A program made the position numbers and the translations under genes. Of a stretch of 64,000 bases of DNA, positions 62,235 to 64,000 are shown piece after piece. This DNA is from Alkalispirochaeta sp. (GTDB lineage Bacteria; Spirochaetota; Spirochaetia; DSM-27196; Alkalispirochaetaceae): assembly GCA_965242725.1 (NCBI GenBank), contig CBDESZ010000016.1, forward strand, positions 32,001 to 96,000, written 5' to 3'. Each line of letters opens with the position of its first letter. The stretch's first letter is position 1. The notes beneath the pieces were generated by a model. It made no database searches and had not been told where the DNA came from. It worked only from the letters and a program-made list of their open reading frames with translations.

Positions 62235-63512
62235 ATGGCCGATACATTTCCACGGGACCTCCAGTACGCAAAATTTTCCGCCTACGGCTTTCTCAAGAAT
62301 CTGCGCTTCTTTGAGCCGTTCATGATTCTCTTTTTACTGGAGCAGGGGCTCTCCTATTTGCAGGTCGGTACGCTGTACGCCGTCAGGGAAATTACCGTCA
62401 ACATTCTGGAAATACCCAGCGGTGCCGTTGCAGACGGACTCGGCCGACGTCGCACGATGGTGGCCGCCTTTGCGGGATACCTCGTTTCCTTTGTCTTTTT
62501 CTGGTTTGGATCGGGTATGCCCCTGTTTCTCGTCGCGATGCTCTTCTTTTCCGTCGGAGAGGCGTTCCGGACGGGAACGCACAAGGCGATGATCTTCACC
62601 TACCTACGCCTCAATAATCTGCAGGAGTACGGGAACGACTACTACGGCCACACTCGCTCGTGGTCGCAAATGGGGTCCGCTCTTTCGGCGATCATCGCAT
62701 CGGCCATCGTATTCATTTCACGGGACTATCGTTCGGTATTCCTCTTTTCCATGATTCCCTACGTCCTCGATCTCGTTCTGATGATGACATACCCCGCCGC
62801 CCTCGACGGATCGATAGAGAAAATCACGTGGAAGTCGGTGGCGGAGAACTTCCGGAACGTTGGAAAAGGCTTGCGTGAGACGTTCCGGCGCCCGGGAGCG
62901 GCCCGGGCCGTCCTGAGCGCCTCTTCCTACGGCGGATATTACAAGGGCGCCAAGGATTATCTCCAGCCGATGATTTCCGCCGCCGCTCTCGCACTGCCGG
63001 TAGCCCACACCCTCTCGGCGCAGCGCCGGGAGGCGGTCCTGATCGGTGCCGCCTATACCCTCATCTTTCTGATGACCTCTCTGGCGTCACGAAAATCGTC
63101 GGTCGTCGCCGGGTGGTTTCGGTCTTCCGAAGGAGCCCTCAACATCCTGCTCCTTCTCGGACTCGGCCTCGGTCTGGCCGCGGGCATATCCCGGTGGCAA
63201 GGCCGCACGATGATTCCCGTCGTCGTCTTTCTCATGATTTACGTCCTGCAGAACCTCCGTCACCCCGTCGGCGTTTCCGTCGTGGCAAACCGAATTCCCG
63301 AAGACGTTCTGGCAACGATACTGTCCGCCCAATCACAGTTGCAGAGTCTCTTTGCGGCCATCGTCGCCCTTCTTGTAGGCGCCACGACGGACTATATGGG
63401 CGGCAACGTCGGTATGGGACTGACCCTCGCGGCGGGTATGGGCGTCCTCCTCTATCCCCTACTGCGTCTCGCGCCGCAACGGCAGGCAACGGCTGCGGAC
63501 GGTGAGAGGTGA
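62235..63512 (+). CDS. MFS transporter
   Basis: EIPSGAVADGLGRR; multiple TMs. Confidence 0.85.
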   Translation: MADTFPRDLQYAKFSAYGFLKNLRFFEPFMILFLLEQGLSYLQVGTLYAVREITVNILEIPSGAVADGLGRRRTMVAAFAGYLVSFVFFWFGSGMPLFLVAMLFFSVGEAFRTGTHKAMIFTYLRLNNLQEYGNDYYGHTRSWSQMGSALSAIIASAIVFISRDYRSVFLFSMIPYVLDLVLMMTYPAALDGSIEKITWKSVAENFRNVGKGLRETFRRPGAARAVLSASSYGGYYKGAKDYLQPMISAAALALPVAHTLSAQRREAVLIGAAYTLIFLMTSLASRKSSVVAGWFRSSEGALNILLLLGLGLGLAAGISRWQGRTMIPVVVFLMIYVLQNLRHPVGVSVVANRIPEDVLATILSAQSQLQSLFAAIVALLVGATTDYMGGNVGMGLTLAAGMGVLLYPLLRLAPQRQATAADGER

Positions 63513-63565
63513 GCGGTGAGCGATCCGACGTGACTCAACCCCCATCAGTCCGCGAAGGAGCGTTC

Positions 63566-64000
63566 ATGAAGAAGCAGGTCCTCCTAATCGTATCTTTCCT
63601 CTCCTTTATTGCCCTCGGCCTCCCCGACGGAATGCTCGGCGTTGCCTGGCCCTCGATGAGCGCCACCTTTGGAATTCCCCTCGGGAGTCTCGGCGTCCTG
63701 ATGGCGGGATTCACCGTCGGATACGTCGTCACCACGGCGCTCATCGGTTCGCTGATACACCACTTCGGGTACGCAATGGTGATGATCGCCTCGGCGGCAA
63801 GCCTCGCCGTCGGCGGAGCGCTTCTTGCCGGCGCCCCGTGGTTACCCGTGGCGATGGCGGCGACAATCTTTCTCGGTATAGGGTCCGGTCTCCTTGACGG
63901 AGGACTGAACGCATATGGCGCCACCTATTTCCGTCCCCGCGACCTCAACTGGCTCCACGCATTCTACGGAATCGGGGCAGCCCTCGGCCCGGCGATCATG
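63566..64000 (+). CDS. MFS transporter (partial, runs off the window)
   Basis: Manual translation MKKQVLLIVSFLSFIALGLPDGMLGVAWPSM...NWLHAFYGIGA. Confidence 0.8.
   Translation, partial: MKKQVLLIVSFLSFIALGLPDGMLGVAWPSMSATFGIPLGSLGVLMAGFTVGYVVTTALIGSLIHHFGYAMVMIASAASLAVGGALLAGAPWLPVAMAATIFLGIGSGLLDGGLNAYGATYFRPRDLNWLHAFYGIGAALGPAIM

Overview
A spirochaete-like chromosomal window; the DppA and PstS signal peptides end in the Spirochaetales-type 'FAGGQQE' motif (inference). The first ~19.5 kb is a defence and IS hotspot. It holds an R-M pair co-transcribed with a TOTE-type AEP primase gene that runs off the left edge, and a complete IS66 (4709-11109, 8-bp TSD) carrying two nested elements: an IS110 inside its left inverted repeat and an IS21 inside tnpC. 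It also holds a tightly coupled four-gene candidate defence operon (Dam-like MTase, calcineurin-like phosphoesterase, ORC/CDC6-like ATPase, tandem CARF-like protein) and further IS21 copies. The best-supported discovery is the IS110 non-coding end. It folds into a bridge-RNA-like structure whose two target-loop guides match both halves of the IS66 terminal repeat the element sits in, and circularisation would create a TTGACA-N17-CATCAT promoter. At 30-42 kb lies a decayed RHS polymorphic toxin/immunity array bracketed by TA modules, including an unannotated REase-fold toxin tip. At 44-51 kb is a sugar-phosphate-utilisation-type bacterial microcompartment (DeoC, RpiB, AldDH, 1 BMC-H, 2 BMC-T, 4 BMC-P) with a consensus promoter and a DeoR-like operator. 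The remainder is dppABCDF, crcB/DUF190, pstSCAB-phoU and MFS transporters. All family assignments come from motif recognition by eye; no database searches were run.
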